From Octopus vulgaris (taxonomy: Eukaryota): a DNA stretch of 64,000 bases. The position numbers and the translations under genes are program-made. Below the pieces are notes generated by a model. That model saw only the letters and a list, made by a program, of their open reading frames with translations, did not search any database and had not been told where the DNA came from. The stretch is taken from positions 12,958,001 to 13,022,000 of the forward strand of contig OX597818.1 in the NCBI GenBank assembly GCA_951406725.2. The letters run 5' to 3'. Positions 1 to 14,500 of the stretch are shown here, one piece after another (within the stretch, counting starts at the first letter, position 1; every line of letters starts with the position of its first letter).

Positions 1-691
<691 letters not shown>

Positions 692-1422
692 GTGTAAACG
701 TAAATATACATTTGCATGTATATAATAAATATATATAGGCACTTATATTAGTGTACGTATGTGTGTATGTGTATTTCAATGAATTGTACTTAGTATACTT
801 TGGTAGCAAAAAGTCATGTGTGCCCTTATCTTTCGACATAGAATACGACTGTAGTCTCAGAATCTATAAGGAATTTATATTCTAAATATTAATATCACGA
901 AATTATAATGTGTTCTTATATTTTTCAAAATATTATTGCGAATCAATTAAGTTTCCTTTTATGAGTGACAGTTTATTCGCATAAGTGACTGTTGATATGA
1001 GAGAATTACTATACAGCGATTCAAATATATCTGAATAGTGTAGGCTATGCAGATCCCTGAACAATTTATCACGGCACTGACTCGCCTATTTTCATTTCAT
1101 CAAATATGACTAAGACCAGGATATTGTGAGATTAAGCACGGATGATAGCAAAGCATAAAACGGAGACAGAATGAGGGCTTTTGAGTTTCGTATTACAGGA
1201 ACATTATTATATAAGGTGAGTATGTTTTAGTAATGATGTTATGTTTATAATTTATCGCGTATCCATAAACAACGATCGTGCAAATACATACATGCATACT
1301 TACCTACAACCCCAAACACTTTTCATGTATAAATATGTGTGCACGCGCATTTGTGTTATGTATATGTGTGTACAAACATGTGTCCATACATTTTACTATC
1401 TCCCGTATTCTCTCTCCCACTT

Positions 1423-1423
<1 letters not shown>

Positions 1424-1495
<72 letters not shown>

Positions 1496-1613
1496 GTATC
1501 TATATATCTATCTATCTACCTGTCTATCTACCTGTCTATCTATCTGTCTGTCTGTCTATCTGACTATCTACTTATCTATCTATCTATATATATATATTTA
1601 CATATAGCTGTTT

Positions 1614-1661
<48 letters not shown>
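1424..1661. repeat. Compound (TCTA)n/(TCTG)n/(TA)n microsatellite
   Basis: Direct reading. Confidence 0.95.
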
Positions 1662-1663
<2 letters not shown>

Positions 1664-2094
1664 TTACACATACATGTATAAATATATACATGTAGACATA
1701 ATATGCATGTATATGCATTAAGACAGAACTACATACATACGTGTGTTTACGTTTAAACATTTCTAAATAGCATATCAATCCCATTTATAGAAATAAATCC
1801 CAACCTTACTCAATTTGTATATTTTTCACTGTAAATATTTCCATAATCTATATTCTAATTACATTTTCATGAATCACTTCAGGCAATATCTCAAGTCAAT
1901 TTAAAATTATTACGAAGGCACTTACAGATACACTCCCCACTCTATGATACAGATATTATTTTTACATTTTGTTTAATATATTAAAAATAGTTTTGAAAAT
2001 ATTTCCGATGATATATTTTTTTCATTTACTTATGTGAGAGCGGAACTACACTCCTGAAGAATGGCTTCGTCCAGTCAATCGAACATACATATTG

Positions 2095-2290
2095 TTTTCT
2101 AATTCTGGTTCAAGGCCAGCGACATTTTGGAGCGGTGGGGATGGCTGATTACGTTGATCTCGAACTTATCAATTAATGTCAATTTATTTTATAGATCTGG
2201 AAATGATAATTTGCAATGTCTGTCTCGACGGGATTTGAACTCGTAACGTCCTCGAAAGTATTTTGTCCAATACTGTCATCCGACCCTTAG
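2095..2290 (-). mobile_element. Degenerate tRNA-derived SINE
   Basis: GGATTTGAACTC (reverse B-box) and loose similarity to the SINE copies at 19.75 kb and 57.9 kb. Confidence 0.45.
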
Positions 2291-2979
2291 ACCCAACATT
2301 GATGTCTTTATATCACAGCGATTATTCTGTCATCCAGCTGAAAAATCCATGGTCATTGTTGTGTTTCATGCTTATCTTTTCGATTACACTAAACTCACAA
2401 ACACACATACACACAAAACTCGATATTATAAATAGTAGATTATATAACGCTTTGAAAACGAATTATTAACGCTTGGCAGTTTATTTAGTCAGTTGTAAAC
2501 TGAGTGAATACCACTAAACTTTTGAAGTCAATTGGGAAATGAAGAGACTAAAGAAAGCTTACAATAACTACTTTGAATGTACGGAATAAGGAAAGCGCAT
2601 GTGCTTAGAAGTTATTTGAAGTTTCGATAATTTACTAACAAGTTATATTATAGTCGACATCCGCTTCCAGTCTGAAAACTACAGATATGCTTTCTGAAGA
2701 ATCTCGAAGTAGATATTACTAATGATTAATAAACATGATGTGAGCGATCCCGAAATTGTTTTCAATAAGTATGATGATAATTTCTACTTATATAATTAAT
2801 TTTTGACTGGATTCAGTAGATTCAATCATCAAAGATACGAAAGGTTTTCTGTATTATATATAATGCAGAGAGATTCTATGTACATATATGGAAACACACG
2901 CTCGGACATGTGCAGAAAAATACGTAGGCACAAAAAACAGCACATAGGCACTATAACGTACAATGTTTATATATTCATA

Positions 2980-3023
<44 letters not shown>

Positions 3024-3030
3024 TATACTA

Positions 3031-3060
<30 letters not shown>

Positions 3061-3062
<2 letters not shown>

Positions 3063-4110
3063 CGAGAATTTGAGGTTATAAGAGATAATGGTGTCATTGA
3101 GACCCGAAGGGATCAGGCAATGCTGTATAAGTGTTATAGACAGACCATAATTAGTTTAGATGTGATACAAAATAGAGAGAGAGGTGGAGGAAAGAAAATA
3201 AATGCAAGATATGTATGGATATTGAAGTTGTAAAATCAGTGTTTTAAGGCATAGTGCTATATATGCAATATTCCAATATCCTATGAATAAAGTCCAAAAG
3301 TCCAACAGAGTTTAAAATGGTTCCTTCCAAATATAGAGTTTATAAGCAATGTAAGATGTACTCATGCACGCTCACTTATACGTTCGTCTGCATGTATCAT
3401 CGCCCCTGTATATGCAGGTATATATACCTTGCATGCGTACATATATTTACACATACCCACATACATACACGCATGCACTCACTCATACATATACACGCAC
3501 ACATACACAAATACAATCAGATGGTTGTACATATGAGGAACTATATAGGAATTAGGAGTTAAAGTGTAGATGTATAAGGTTATTGGGATTACCAAAAGAG
3601 TATTGTAGAAATGCACTGTATTGTTATTCTGGCATTTGGATTTGTGGTAGAATTTAAATGTGTGATAAAAGCGGTGGTTGCATGAGCTTAGTGCCTCGTT
3701 ATGTTTATTTAGTAGTGTTGGAGAGTTGTGCTTTAATATGTGGAGTGCTTCCTTCAGGCAGAACTTGCAGGTTGAGCGTTGACCTCGGTAGGGAAGTCCT
3801 GAGTCCAGTGTGGACCATGGTAGAGTATAGGGTATATTTGCATTTTTGAGATGATGTATGTGGTTGGCGAATGTTGTAGATTTACTATGTTTATCGTATC
3901 TAAAAGAATGGAGATGAGTGGCAAACCATTGCTTTTTTGGTTGACCCTATGTATATGGCTGTAGAGTTGTGTAATAGATTAGTACCGTGCATTTGTAAAT
4001 TACATTATATCTCCTGCAATGGGTTTGTAACGGGAAGGTGGTTCCAGGACGGTCATTACAATTAGGCGAATTGTGGGCACTGTGTTCGGTGATAGAGGAG
4101 GTAGCACAAA
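3061..4110 (-). mobile_element. Naiad-type Penelope-like element remnant (GIY-YIG endonuclease pseudogene plus 3' UTR)
   Basis: Manual minus-strand translation of ~4075-3600 with 2 frameshifts: NCNDRPGTTFPLQTHCRRYNVIYKCTV / AIYIGST / HLHSFRYDKHSKSTTFANHIHHLK...W...PYRGQRSTCKFCLKE...LLNKHNEALSSCNHR. It is colinear with the GIY-YIG domains at 33.2 kb and 61.9 kb. The 3' end abuts (TA)n at 3060. Confidence 0.85.
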
Positions 4111-4129
4111 TTTAGGTTATGGGATTGTA

Positions 4130-4415
4130 TTCCCCTGTAGGCAAGTGTGCCCTGTAAGATTTACGTTCAGTTTGGAGTCTGATAGCTTAGAGCTTGGAAT
4201 TTTCCAGCAGTAAAATACATATTGTTGTTTGCAGCGCATCTCTAAACTGAGACCAATTCCTGCTGCAGGTTTGCTGTATCGCTAGGGTTTTGTATTTTCT
4301 GCGAGACTTTCGTATCGTCTGCATAGTTTGCAATGGTGACTATCCGGGCAGCTGAGGAAATATCTCGCTGGTGTCTATCTTTCAGAAAGTCATGTAAGCA
4401 CTCTTCCAGCTATGG

Positions 4416-4417
<2 letters not shown>
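4130..4417 (-). pseudogene. CR1/Jockey-group LINE reverse transcriptase fragment
   Basis: Minus strand reads LHDFLKDRHQR-DISSAARIVTIANYADDTKVSQKIQNPSDTANLQQEL...NNM...KFQAL. YADD is at ~4325-4314. Confidence 0.8.
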
Positions 4418-4455
<38 letters not shown>

Positions 4456-4478
4456 TTCTATCTATCTATTTATCTTTC

Positions 4479-4512
<34 letters not shown>

Positions 4513-5496
4513 GTATACATACATAATATATATATATACTTGATGATCATTCTATGAAAATCGTTATAGTATTTAATACATTTATCGTAACACGAGTGAA
4601 GGGAAAACTTTTTTGATTAATTCCGCTCATGGAATATGTTCACATTTCATAAATGTTGAGTTGCAAATAGCAATATCGGTATGGTAATTTCCTTTATGAT
4701 TCTAGCTGCAATAAAATGTTTCCTCAAATTTCTGAAGTATTTTTCTTCAGCTAAATCTCTCGTGTTCTCTGTATATCATATTTTATGCGAAGAAGTGGTA
4801 CAATGTAAGAAAATATGGCATCAATACTTTTGGATATCATTCACTTATCGAAGAGAAAAATGTGTATAACCGAAATTAATTTCCTCTTCCTGAGTGATAC
4901 TAAAAAAATATTTTATGGAATTTTTCAAGCAATCCTATTGTAATGTTTCGACACTCTCATGAGTGATAACAATACAGTATGATGAAAATTACAATGTGAA
5001 TCCAAATAGACATCTAATGGCATGCAAATACTACGTTTATTTCGGTTACACAATGGTAAGTTATGGAAACAAAACCGTCCTTAAGCAGTTTATGTTTCCA
5101 ATGCAGAGTTGGAGAAATTGGACATTTTCATTGAAACACTAATAATAGTTGGGTTTGAGAATCTTTCTACCAACATAATATTTGATACAATTTACATATT
5201 CGTCGTAGAAAAATTTGAAAAGTTACGTTTAATGCATTTTCTGATTTTCTATACAAGAATATTTTTATACAAAAACATTGCAAATCGGTAACATTCAGAA
5301 AATATATTTCATTGTGCAACCAAGCAACCAATCTCTCGAAAACATGAAAGAGTATTTTGGTCGCAGCATTATGCGAATACAAACCAAACAATATCCAGCA
5401 TGTTAAATAGATATCATCAAAGGAATAGTTTGTATGCTATGGATATTTATGTTATTTTCCTGCTGCACGTTTTGGGAACGACGTCTGTATTCCGAA

Positions 5497-5530
<34 letters not shown>

Positions 5531-5631
5531 GTGTGTCTGTGTGTTTGTGTGTGTATGTATATATATGCATAACTTTGTAGAATATATGCATGTATATATA
5601 TATATATATATATAAATCTATATACATATAT

Positions 5632-6027
5632 AGAGTGGCTGTGTGGTAGGTAGCTTGTTTACCAACCACATGGTTCCGGGTTCAGTCCCACTGCGTGGCA
5701 CCTTGGGCAAGTGTCTTCTACTATAGCCCCGGGCCGACCAATGCCTTGTGAGTGGATTTGGTAGACGGAAACTGAAAGAAGCCCGTCGTATATATGTATA
5801 TATATATATATGCGTGTGTGTGTTTGTGTCTGTGTTTGTCCTCCTAGCATTGCTTGACAACCGATGCTGGTGTGTTTATGTCCCCGTTACTTAGCGGTTC
5901 GGCAAAAGAGACCGATAGAATAAGTACTGGGCTTACAAAAGAATAAGTCCCGGGGTCGATTTGCTCGATTAAAGGCGGTGCTCCAGCATGGCCGCAATCA
6001 AATGACTGAAACAAGTAAAAGAAAAAA
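5632..6027 (+). mobile_element. tRNA-derived SINE (abundant octopus-type family) with internal (TA)/(TG) tract and A-rich tail
   Basis: A-box-like TGGCTGTGTGG, B-box-like GGTTCAGTCC and an A-rich 3' end. A diverged copy lies at 38.75-39.14 kb. Confidence 0.85.
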
Positions 6028-6039
6028 AGAAAAAAGAAA

Positions 6040-6236
6040 GAATATATACACATATATGACATATGTATTTGTGTATATATACATGTAAATACATATGTAT
6101 ATATATATATGTATGTATGTATATATATATATATATATGTATGTATATAAATCTATATACATATATATTCATATATACACATATATGACATATATATTTG
6201 AGTATATATATTCATGTATATACATATGTATTTATA

Positions 6237-6267
<31 letters not shown>

Positions 6268-6272
6268 TTATA

Positions 6273-6348
<76 letters not shown>

Positions 6349-6350
6349 TG
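6040..6350. repeat. Degenerate (TA)n/(TATG)n microsatellite
   Basis: Direct reading. Confidence 0.93.
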
Positions 6351-7417
6351 TGCATTTTTGTGCGGATGCTTATCATTTCAGTTAGCCATCGCAAATATCT
6401 AAATGCATTTCGATAATTCAATATACTGTTTCGTTCATTTAAACATTTTGTGATTCAAAGTTGGAAGCAATTTGCCGAAAATTTGTCTCCAGTTCAGCAC
6501 TTCTGCTTCATTTCGGGAGAACTTGAAGCACATTGTTAGTACCTAACTCGATTCCTTGCTCGATACGGTGAAATGCAAATACTAATTACTATTTGTTGGA
6601 TAAGATAATTTGTTTAGGTTTTGACTGTGCATCGTTTAATAGTCTGTGCTCCATTTCAGATATGTTCTTTCAACTCGATAAAATTGGGCCGTTTTGAATA
6701 TAATTCGATAAAATAAGCATCAGCCAATAAAGGAAATAAATATAACCTACAAAACCAAGTGACAAATTAAATGGTTAGACCTTGTTGAGTATGACAGAGC
6801 AAATTCATGATCAACGACATTGTAGCATAGATTACTCTGTCTGTCTGTGTGTCTGTGTGTCTGTCTGCCTCTCTCTCTCTCTGTCACATTTTATGCACAG
6901 TGTAGCAGTAGTGTTGAAAAGTTGGATATCGTAGCAGTAGTGTTGAAAAGTAGTGTTGAAAAGTTGGATATCGTATTCTTTATGTATAGGTCGGGTACGA
7001 TATCTCTGTCATTGAGGACACATTAATCTGAGACACGCCGAGTGTTCAGTTGTTTGGTTTGATTATATACATAATCATCATGTGAATTTAAAGAGCATTC
7101 AATTTCAAGTAGAGCTTACATCTTTCACATTCCGTCTTCAAATCCTTAAAGTAACAAATATTTAAAAAAAATATGTGCCTTATTTCGGTAAAATTACAGA
7201 TTAACACCCGCACGATTTTCACTAAGAGAAAAAAGAAACTCTAATTTTTTGCGTGGAATCAAGTACCCTGACCTCCTAATATGCTGCAAATCCCATATTT
7301 TGGTCCGGAATTGCTCCGGAAAGGGGTGGGGGTTATACCTCCCCCCGGGATTTTCACAAGTTAAAAAAAATTCAGATTTTTTGCGTGTATTCAAGTAACC
7401 TGACCTCCTAATATGCT

Positions 7418-8086
7418 GCAAGAAGTTGCAAAACTGCTAAAATCGGCAGTAATTTTTAATTCTCCTGTGCAGATATGTGTGCATAAGACTATTAAATTAT
7501 TGCACAGGGGTTCCTCGAACCAGTGGAATGTTTGAATTACGCTGTGTGGTGTCAGATTCTAATTTTTGCTTCTGATCCCTCTTAGCCCCACCTCTCTATC
7601 GCAGTTGTTCATTTCGCTGATATTTAGAAAAATTTTTGCGCCAATTTTTGTTGTGGGCGGGAAAAGATGAACGATTTAAAATAAATATATCTTAATTGTA
7701 GTGTGAGAAAGTATATATATTCTGATGATAAAATATATTATCTTTCAAAAACATCCCAAATTTATAGACTATATCGTGTATGTTTAAGAAATGGTTCATT
7801 ATATATATATATTTCAGAGAATGAGACATCGTTCATCTGTCTCCCCACCACACCTCCACCTCCACAAAAATTAGTTTGTGATAGAGAGGGGGGCAGAGAG
7901 AGGGATCAGAAGCAAAAATTAGAATCTGACACCACACAGCGTAATTCAAACATTCCACTGGCTCGAGGAACCCCTGTGCAATAATTTAATAGTCTTATGC
8001 ACACATATCTGCACAGGAGAATTAAAAATTACTGCCGATTTTAGCAGTTTTGCAACTTCTTGCGGAACCCTGGTTGAAAACCACTG
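7418..8086. mobile_element. hAT (Charlie/Buster-type) MITE nested in the Merlin-like element, left end deleted
   Basis: Right end GGTTGAAAACCACTG (reverse complement CAGTGGTTTTCAACC) is followed by GTCTAGTA, a Buster-like target. Internal ~185-bp inverted arms at 7418-7603 and 7877-8063. Confidence 0.65.
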
Positions 8087-8178
8087 GTCTAGTATAACAG
8101 TATGTTTTGCTGAGAATTAATCCATTTTTTTTGACAGCAAGAGGTAAGTAGCAGTTTGTCTGAATTTTATCCATTACA

Positions 8179-8279
8179 TTATCCATTATAGTAATATTTG
8201 TCTGTTGAAACCCGTTTTAAGGCGGTCAATAGTTTAATTAAAGATGTGTCTATACATGTATATATATATATATATACAC

Positions 8280-8349
<70 letters not shown>

Positions 8350-8422
8350 AGATACATCTTTAATTAAACTATTGACCGCCTTAAAACAGGTTTCAACAGA
8401 CATATATTAATATAATGGATAA
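8179..8422. repeat. Palindrome with ~80-bp arms around a (TA)n core
   Basis: The arms are reverse complements; the ORF track shows nearly identical peptides on both strands ([19 protein letters not shown]). Confidence 0.92.
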
Positions 8423-9246
8423 TATAAGCATATAACTACTTATACACACATACAATAAATACAGACACACACATTAGTCAGCCACATATAGCCACATATA
8501 CACACACTGCAAGAATATATTTATTTATAAAGTTTAAACAGAACATGGAATGAAATGTATTTATTTATAAACTTTAAACTGAACTTCAATTGTTTTATAA
8601 ATCTAACAGCGAACCTGACGTAAATACACGAAGTTGACGACTTTCACTTCTGACAGCTAATAGCATGACAGTGTGCCAAATCTTCTGTTGCCCAATATAT
8701 CAATAATTTGTTCACACTTCAATTTACTATTTTCTAGAAATGTTTCTTTTCTAAATTATTGATATATTTTTTTTCCTTGTGAAAATTCCCGGGGGAAGGG
8801 GGTTACCCCCCCCCTTTCCGTAGCAATTCCGGATCAAAATATGGGATTTGCAGCATATTAGGAGGTCAGGTTACTTGATTCCACGCAAAAAATCTGATTT
8901 TTTTTTCCTTGTGAAAATTCCCGGGGGGGGGGGGGGGTTACCCCCCTTCCGGACCAAAATATGGGATTTGCAGTATATTAGGAGGTCAGGGTACTTGATT
9001 TCACGCAAAAAATCCGAGTTTTTTTTTTTCTTAGTGAAAATCGTGTGGGTGTTAATCTGTAATTTTACCCTTATTTCTATAAGACCAACAATCATCGAGA
9101 TCATTTTGCATAAAATCTCACTGCGTTTCCGATAATGATTAAAACGTTGCATCATCAGCATTGGTAGATATTCAGCAGGTTTATGATTAACAGCCTTACA
9201 GTGTAGACCATCATATATCGTTCCAATGCACTGTCAACAAGACACG

Positions 9247-9247
<1 letters not shown>

Positions 9248-9302
<55 letters not shown>

Positions 9303-9425
9303 TTACTACTGTTACTACTACTACTACTACTGCTACTACTACAACACACACACACACGCACACACGCACACACATATATATATATATATAAATATATATA
9401 TATATGTATGTATGTGCGTGTGTGC
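9248..9425. repeat. (TAC)n then (CA)n/(TA)n compound microsatellite
   Basis: Direct reading. Confidence 0.95.
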
Positions 9426-10229
9426 GTTTCTGTGTGAGCATGCATTTTGTATATATGGTCTATTCTATTTTTAATAATTTGGATTTTTCAAATAAAGAAA
9501 TCATAGATTTCTAATAAATATACAAAGCTCCATAGCTGGAAAGTTATTTAGCTAAAGCAAATTCATATTTTGAACTTATGAAAGACTCGCAAATTTACAG
9601 AATTCCATTTACAGAATGGGTTTGTAATCTAAGTGTTAGCTGGTTAATTTCATTTACTAAAAACCCCATATTTTCTATAGTCAGTAAGGCATTTACTTAC
9701 GAATCCTTATGCATCAGTTATTTTGGGGATAAATGATAATTGAAGCTGGTGGTTTCGACTCTATGATGATACGTGATTATCTATTTCAAGCAAGGATATA
9801 GGACATGTTATATTTGTTCTTGTTAGAAATTTTGACGGGATTGTTCCACTAATATTCCTTGTGCTGAGGTTTATGTATATTTTCAATAGATGGCTTCTGT
9901 ACATCTTTCCTATGACAGTCGTTTTTGTTATGGCACAACATTGGGAGGCTGTAACTTGAGCGCATTTTCGGGTAGCTGCTGAACACCAGAAAAATATGTC
10001 CCACAGAAATGTGACATAATCAATTTTTTTTGTTGCAACGTAGTGCTCTAAAGGCTCCGCTATCTCTTTTGTTTATTATCGCAGTGTAAGAATTTCCTGC
10101 TTTTGCATTGCAAACACATAGCCCTCAAAATGCAATCGGAATTAACAGTCATGTGTCCAAAACAACCTCATTTATGTCAATATTACTAGAGTTTTAAGAA
10201 ACATTTATTCTGCTGAGAGTTTCACATCC

Positions 10230-10870
10230 AATTCTTCTTCAACGTATATTAGTTCAGTTGCTTTAGGAATGTATGGGAAGTAGTAAGGAAGAGAGTCCTT
10301 CCCGAGAATCTCAGTGCCGGTACGTAAGACGTGGTTTTCTTCACCGGTTTTTCAACAGCAGATATGTGTACTTACTATTGTTGGTGTGAATAACATGAAC
10401 TGTCTGAGAGAGACTCTACATCTGAAAAAGTTTGGCACTAATCTCAAGCCAGTGTGGCATTCATCTATTATTTCGTATAGCATGTTGATATATCTGTGGA
10501 AAATTCCAATTTGTGTCAGGATCTTCTGGGTCTTAGTGTCTATGGAGTGCATTTACTCCTTTAGTTTTTCCGTCGTTGCCGACTATGATCAGGAATATCA
10601 CATAGTGGAAGGCGGGTCACTGTGTGTCCGGCTGTGGCCGATCAGTCCGATATCTCCTCCGAAGGCTCTGCTGCAGGTCAAGCACTGGTAAACTGCTGGG
10701 GCTAACGGTGGAGAGTTAGCTCTGAACTCGCATTTTTTCTTTTGACTGTTTTCCTGTTTCATTCGTGGGTGATGGCACCTCTGTTGGCACAGATATGCCA
10801 GGCTGAGCGTTCTTTTGCTTGCATACCGGGGTGAGTCTCAAAGATTTCCAGTGTCACTGTGTATCCTCTA
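10230..10870 (-). pseudogene. Highly degenerate RTE-like LINE RT remnant
   Basis: ORF 10352-10552 (HSIDTKTQKILTQIGIFHRYINML...FRCRVSLRQFMLFTPT) resembles a decayed AFDSI...KIL..G.P....G.RQG..LAPT segment. Confidence 0.4.
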
Positions 10871-11530
10871 CAAAGCAATCCTCTACAAAGCAATCAAGTA
10901 TACTAAATATTGTTATCAGAGCTGGTCCTGAAAATACATTATAGCACATAGTGTTGAGATTTTAAAATGCTTTGTAAGTTAATTATAATAAATAGCGTCG
11001 CAGTCGAATCAGCTGCTCTTGGACATATGTAAGACCTTTTGCGATGAAGGCAGCAGTGTGATTCATATCATTTTCAATCTTATTTAAAATAACAGATTGG
11101 GTAGTTCTTGGTATTTTGAGAAGAACGATTAGAATAGCATCATGGATTTAAACCATTGTATGAAAGAAAGATTCTTGATAGAGAAGCCGTTTTTCAGTAA
11201 GGTTATGCAGGAACGGACTTCGTCCTTGTAATTTTATCTGCATTATGTAGCAGATAGAAGCGCCAGGAGGGGCTTTTACATAGCACCGGGATAGAAAAAG
11301 ACTTACATTCTCTTAATTTATTTACAGGTGCCGTTAAACTACTCATGTTGGTGGTATTGCTATCAGTATGGGCCATAATTGTAGTTATTGAAATACACGT
11401 TGTGTAAGGTAAGGCAGTCGGAATAATGCTACACCGGTAATTTAACGGTGCTTCTCTTATTCAAGTATAAGACAATCATATAATCGATTTAGAATGGATG
11501 TTGGCGGTGCCATGTTTTGTGTCTGTATGC

Positions 11531-11561
<31 letters not shown>

Positions 11562-14500
11562 TGTATGTATGTATGTATCTATGTATGTATGTATGTATGC
11601 ATGCATGCATGTATGTATGTATATCTGTATATATGTTTGCCCGTAAGTTCGTATGCATGTATGAATAATTATTTCACTTCAAGATAAGAGCTACCACTAA
11701 TAGCATTAATGATATATTTGTAAATGAAATAGTTTAACGATATATTGGTTAATTATAGTTAATTGATTTCTCATCAAGCCTAATGAATATCGTCTTGCAT
11801 GATCTTAAATAAACATTGCCTAACATTTTGAAAATGATCCATGTAAATGGTTAGTATGTGCATACGCGCAATTTTATTATTAATTGAAACTCAATTATTT
11901 GAATATTTATTTTCAATATTTCTTATACTTAGCCTAGTTGGTCACATTGGAATTTAATGCAATTTAAAAGATTAACATGTCTAAACGTTTGAATAAGTTT
12001 GCATGAAATCTTGTTTATTTTTTACTGTGAACGGCAGACATAATATAAATGGTTCACATGATGAGTAAATGGTCCGCTGTTTTGAAACGTTAGAATGAGT
12101 AGACATATTACTTTTTACAAAATGCTGATTGAAAGGTCAATTTTGCTGCAAAAACGGGTACAAAAGATTTAATTGATTATATGAGCGAGATCTAAAGATA
12201 CAGAAAGCGAGAACAGCAAAATATTTAACACAAATTATATCATGTCATGTTATGGTATATTAATATAATATTGCTGGTGCGATTCATACCTTAAGCCAAT
12301 AAGATTATCCCAACACAAGACAAAATACTCGTTCATGTAGAATGTAGCTCTTTCATCTATAAGTATTATTTGAGGCACTTTTCAGAATGTAACGTGAAAT
12401 CGTATATTTTTCACAATTTTCAATTTTGTTCACCGACGTTTTAACGAGTATTATGAGATATCAAGAAAAATCTTTCTAAATCTTTTGGATCTTGCATTTT
12501 ATATTTATTCTATATCGCAGATTCTTTTTTATTACGTAAAAAATATGCTTATTTTCCAAATCCCATCTAGGATCAATTAAAAAAAATTAAACCTATGGAT
12601 AAAAGGCGTCTCCATACCAATCTCCTAATTATCACAAATCACATTGATTTCAATGAAATTACGCATTAAATTCATTTGTATATTGTTAAAAAGCTATTGA
12701 ATGTCGATCCTTTTAAATATTTATATTCGCTGAGAAAAGAACCCCATGATCTTTAAGGAAGTATATGGAAGCAATGAATGTCATTATCTGAAAAATATAC
12801 TCGATGGCTTCCTTCGTTTTGGAAAATAGCAGTTTAATAACAGGGTGACTGTTTTAAAGGAATTTTTGCAGTCGATTGCATATACCGAAATATGTTTCCG
12901 TTATTCGTTTAGCAGTAACTAAAAGTGATTCTTGGTAAAATCGACATAGGCAAGAGTATGATAGAACAGGCTGAGATAAACTGTTCCCAGTTTGTTTCTC
13001 TACCAGAAGTTTACAGAATTCAATCCTTTCGGAGATATTTTACTTATCATTGATTTCAGAGACCTACGATTTATGCTACAGTACTTCAAACATTATATTT
13101 ATCGAGATCGCGAAATGCAATAAAGTTAGAATTACATAGCATCTACCCTAAGTCTATATGTATAATTTAAACTGCTATAGATTCCGATTTTATAATTTGA
13201 ACGGTAACTTAAAAAGTCCTTTACTCGGATGGGATTAGCATTTTTATAGACTTCTGATATCATACCAGGCAATAATATATCAGTATCGAAAATCAATTTA
13301 GCGAAAGAATGGATATTCGATTGTAATTAACTTTGTCTGGTCTCTGAGCGAAAGGTGCAGGTTTGCCAAATGATATAGTGATATCATTTGAATAATAACT
13401 AATAACATTTTTTGGTTACTTTTTATTTGAAAAGTGCATTCAGAAAATGATGTACTTGCAGTTTGAAGTAGTTCACTGTGTATAAAAAAAAAAGAAATCT
13501 AATTCCTTCATCCGGGAGTAAAAACTTATATCACAATCATAGGTTCACAATTCCAAATTCACATATACAGGGAAATTTCTAATCATAGCTATAGCCTTTA
13601 ATGTTGTAGAAATATACTGCATCATGATTTATATATACTGACACAATAGAATACGAATCAATATTTGAATTTTAATATAGTTTTCTCTTTCATTAATTAG
13701 TATGTGCCCTATCGGGAGGCATCATGTTAAGTAAACACCTAAATCACAAAAATGACATACATTATTACTCAAACATAAAAGCATAAGCACTTAATGTTGT
13801 TCAAGGTAAACTTTACATAAGAATAAGTGCGTCTAAGTCTGTCTTACTCTCACGCACACATTCACCCTTAACCCCTGTAAATGTGCACACTAAGTGGAAG
13901 ATATATGCGTATATATTCGATATTCTATATCAAATGATCAAAGTGGACAACACGCCATACTTTAAATAAACATTACATATAGATGTATTTAGATTTGGAT
14001 CTTACATTTCCCCTGTTATATCACGAAATAAATTTACGTTTGAATAGTTTGATGACTGATGATTTTGTGATAAGACAGGAAAACTAAATGCAATATGCAT
14101 GAACATAATCTGTACAAACATATATTTATATATTGTCATGTTTTATTCTTTTACTATTTTTTGTTTGTACATATATGGAGGTTATTTATGAGGAACTTAA
14201 GTTCATATATTAAGCCTAACTTCGCAAATTGCCATGCGGAACACCACAAAACGACTTACGGTCACGCTCTTAGAAGTATTTATAAAGCTTTCTCATTTTC
14301 TTCTTATTTATATAGCTAGGATCGAGCTGGACACGCTAACCTCTTCATCACTGAGCCTAAAATATTTGATAAGCGGTGATGCCTTCCAGCAGTTTGAATG
14401 ATAACATATACATACACACACACACACACGTACACACAAATACACACACACATATGTAAAGAGATATGCACAGGAAGACAAGCTAACCGAGGCAATATAT

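Larger units (their letters stand above)
7187..9069. mobile_element. Non-autonomous DNA transposon, Merlin-like, with long TIRs and 8-bp TSD
   Basis: Termini GGTAAAATTACAGATTAACAC...GTGTTAATCTGTAATTTTACC. Flanking duplication CTTATTTC at 7179-7186 and 9070-9077. The TIRs (~230 bp) contain tandem subrepeats. GGNRM termini with 8-9 bp TSDs are characteristic of Merlin. Confidence 0.75.

Noticed and set aside
5632-5710. tRNA gene
   Set aside because: A and B boxes are present but the sequence continues into a multi-copy SINE body; it is a tRNA-derived head.
9112-9172. Minus-strand CTGATGA...GGAAAC hammerhead candidate
   Set aside because: The CTGATGATG pairs with CATTATCGG instead of forming the core, and the cleavage triplet would be GUG. 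Too degenerate to call.
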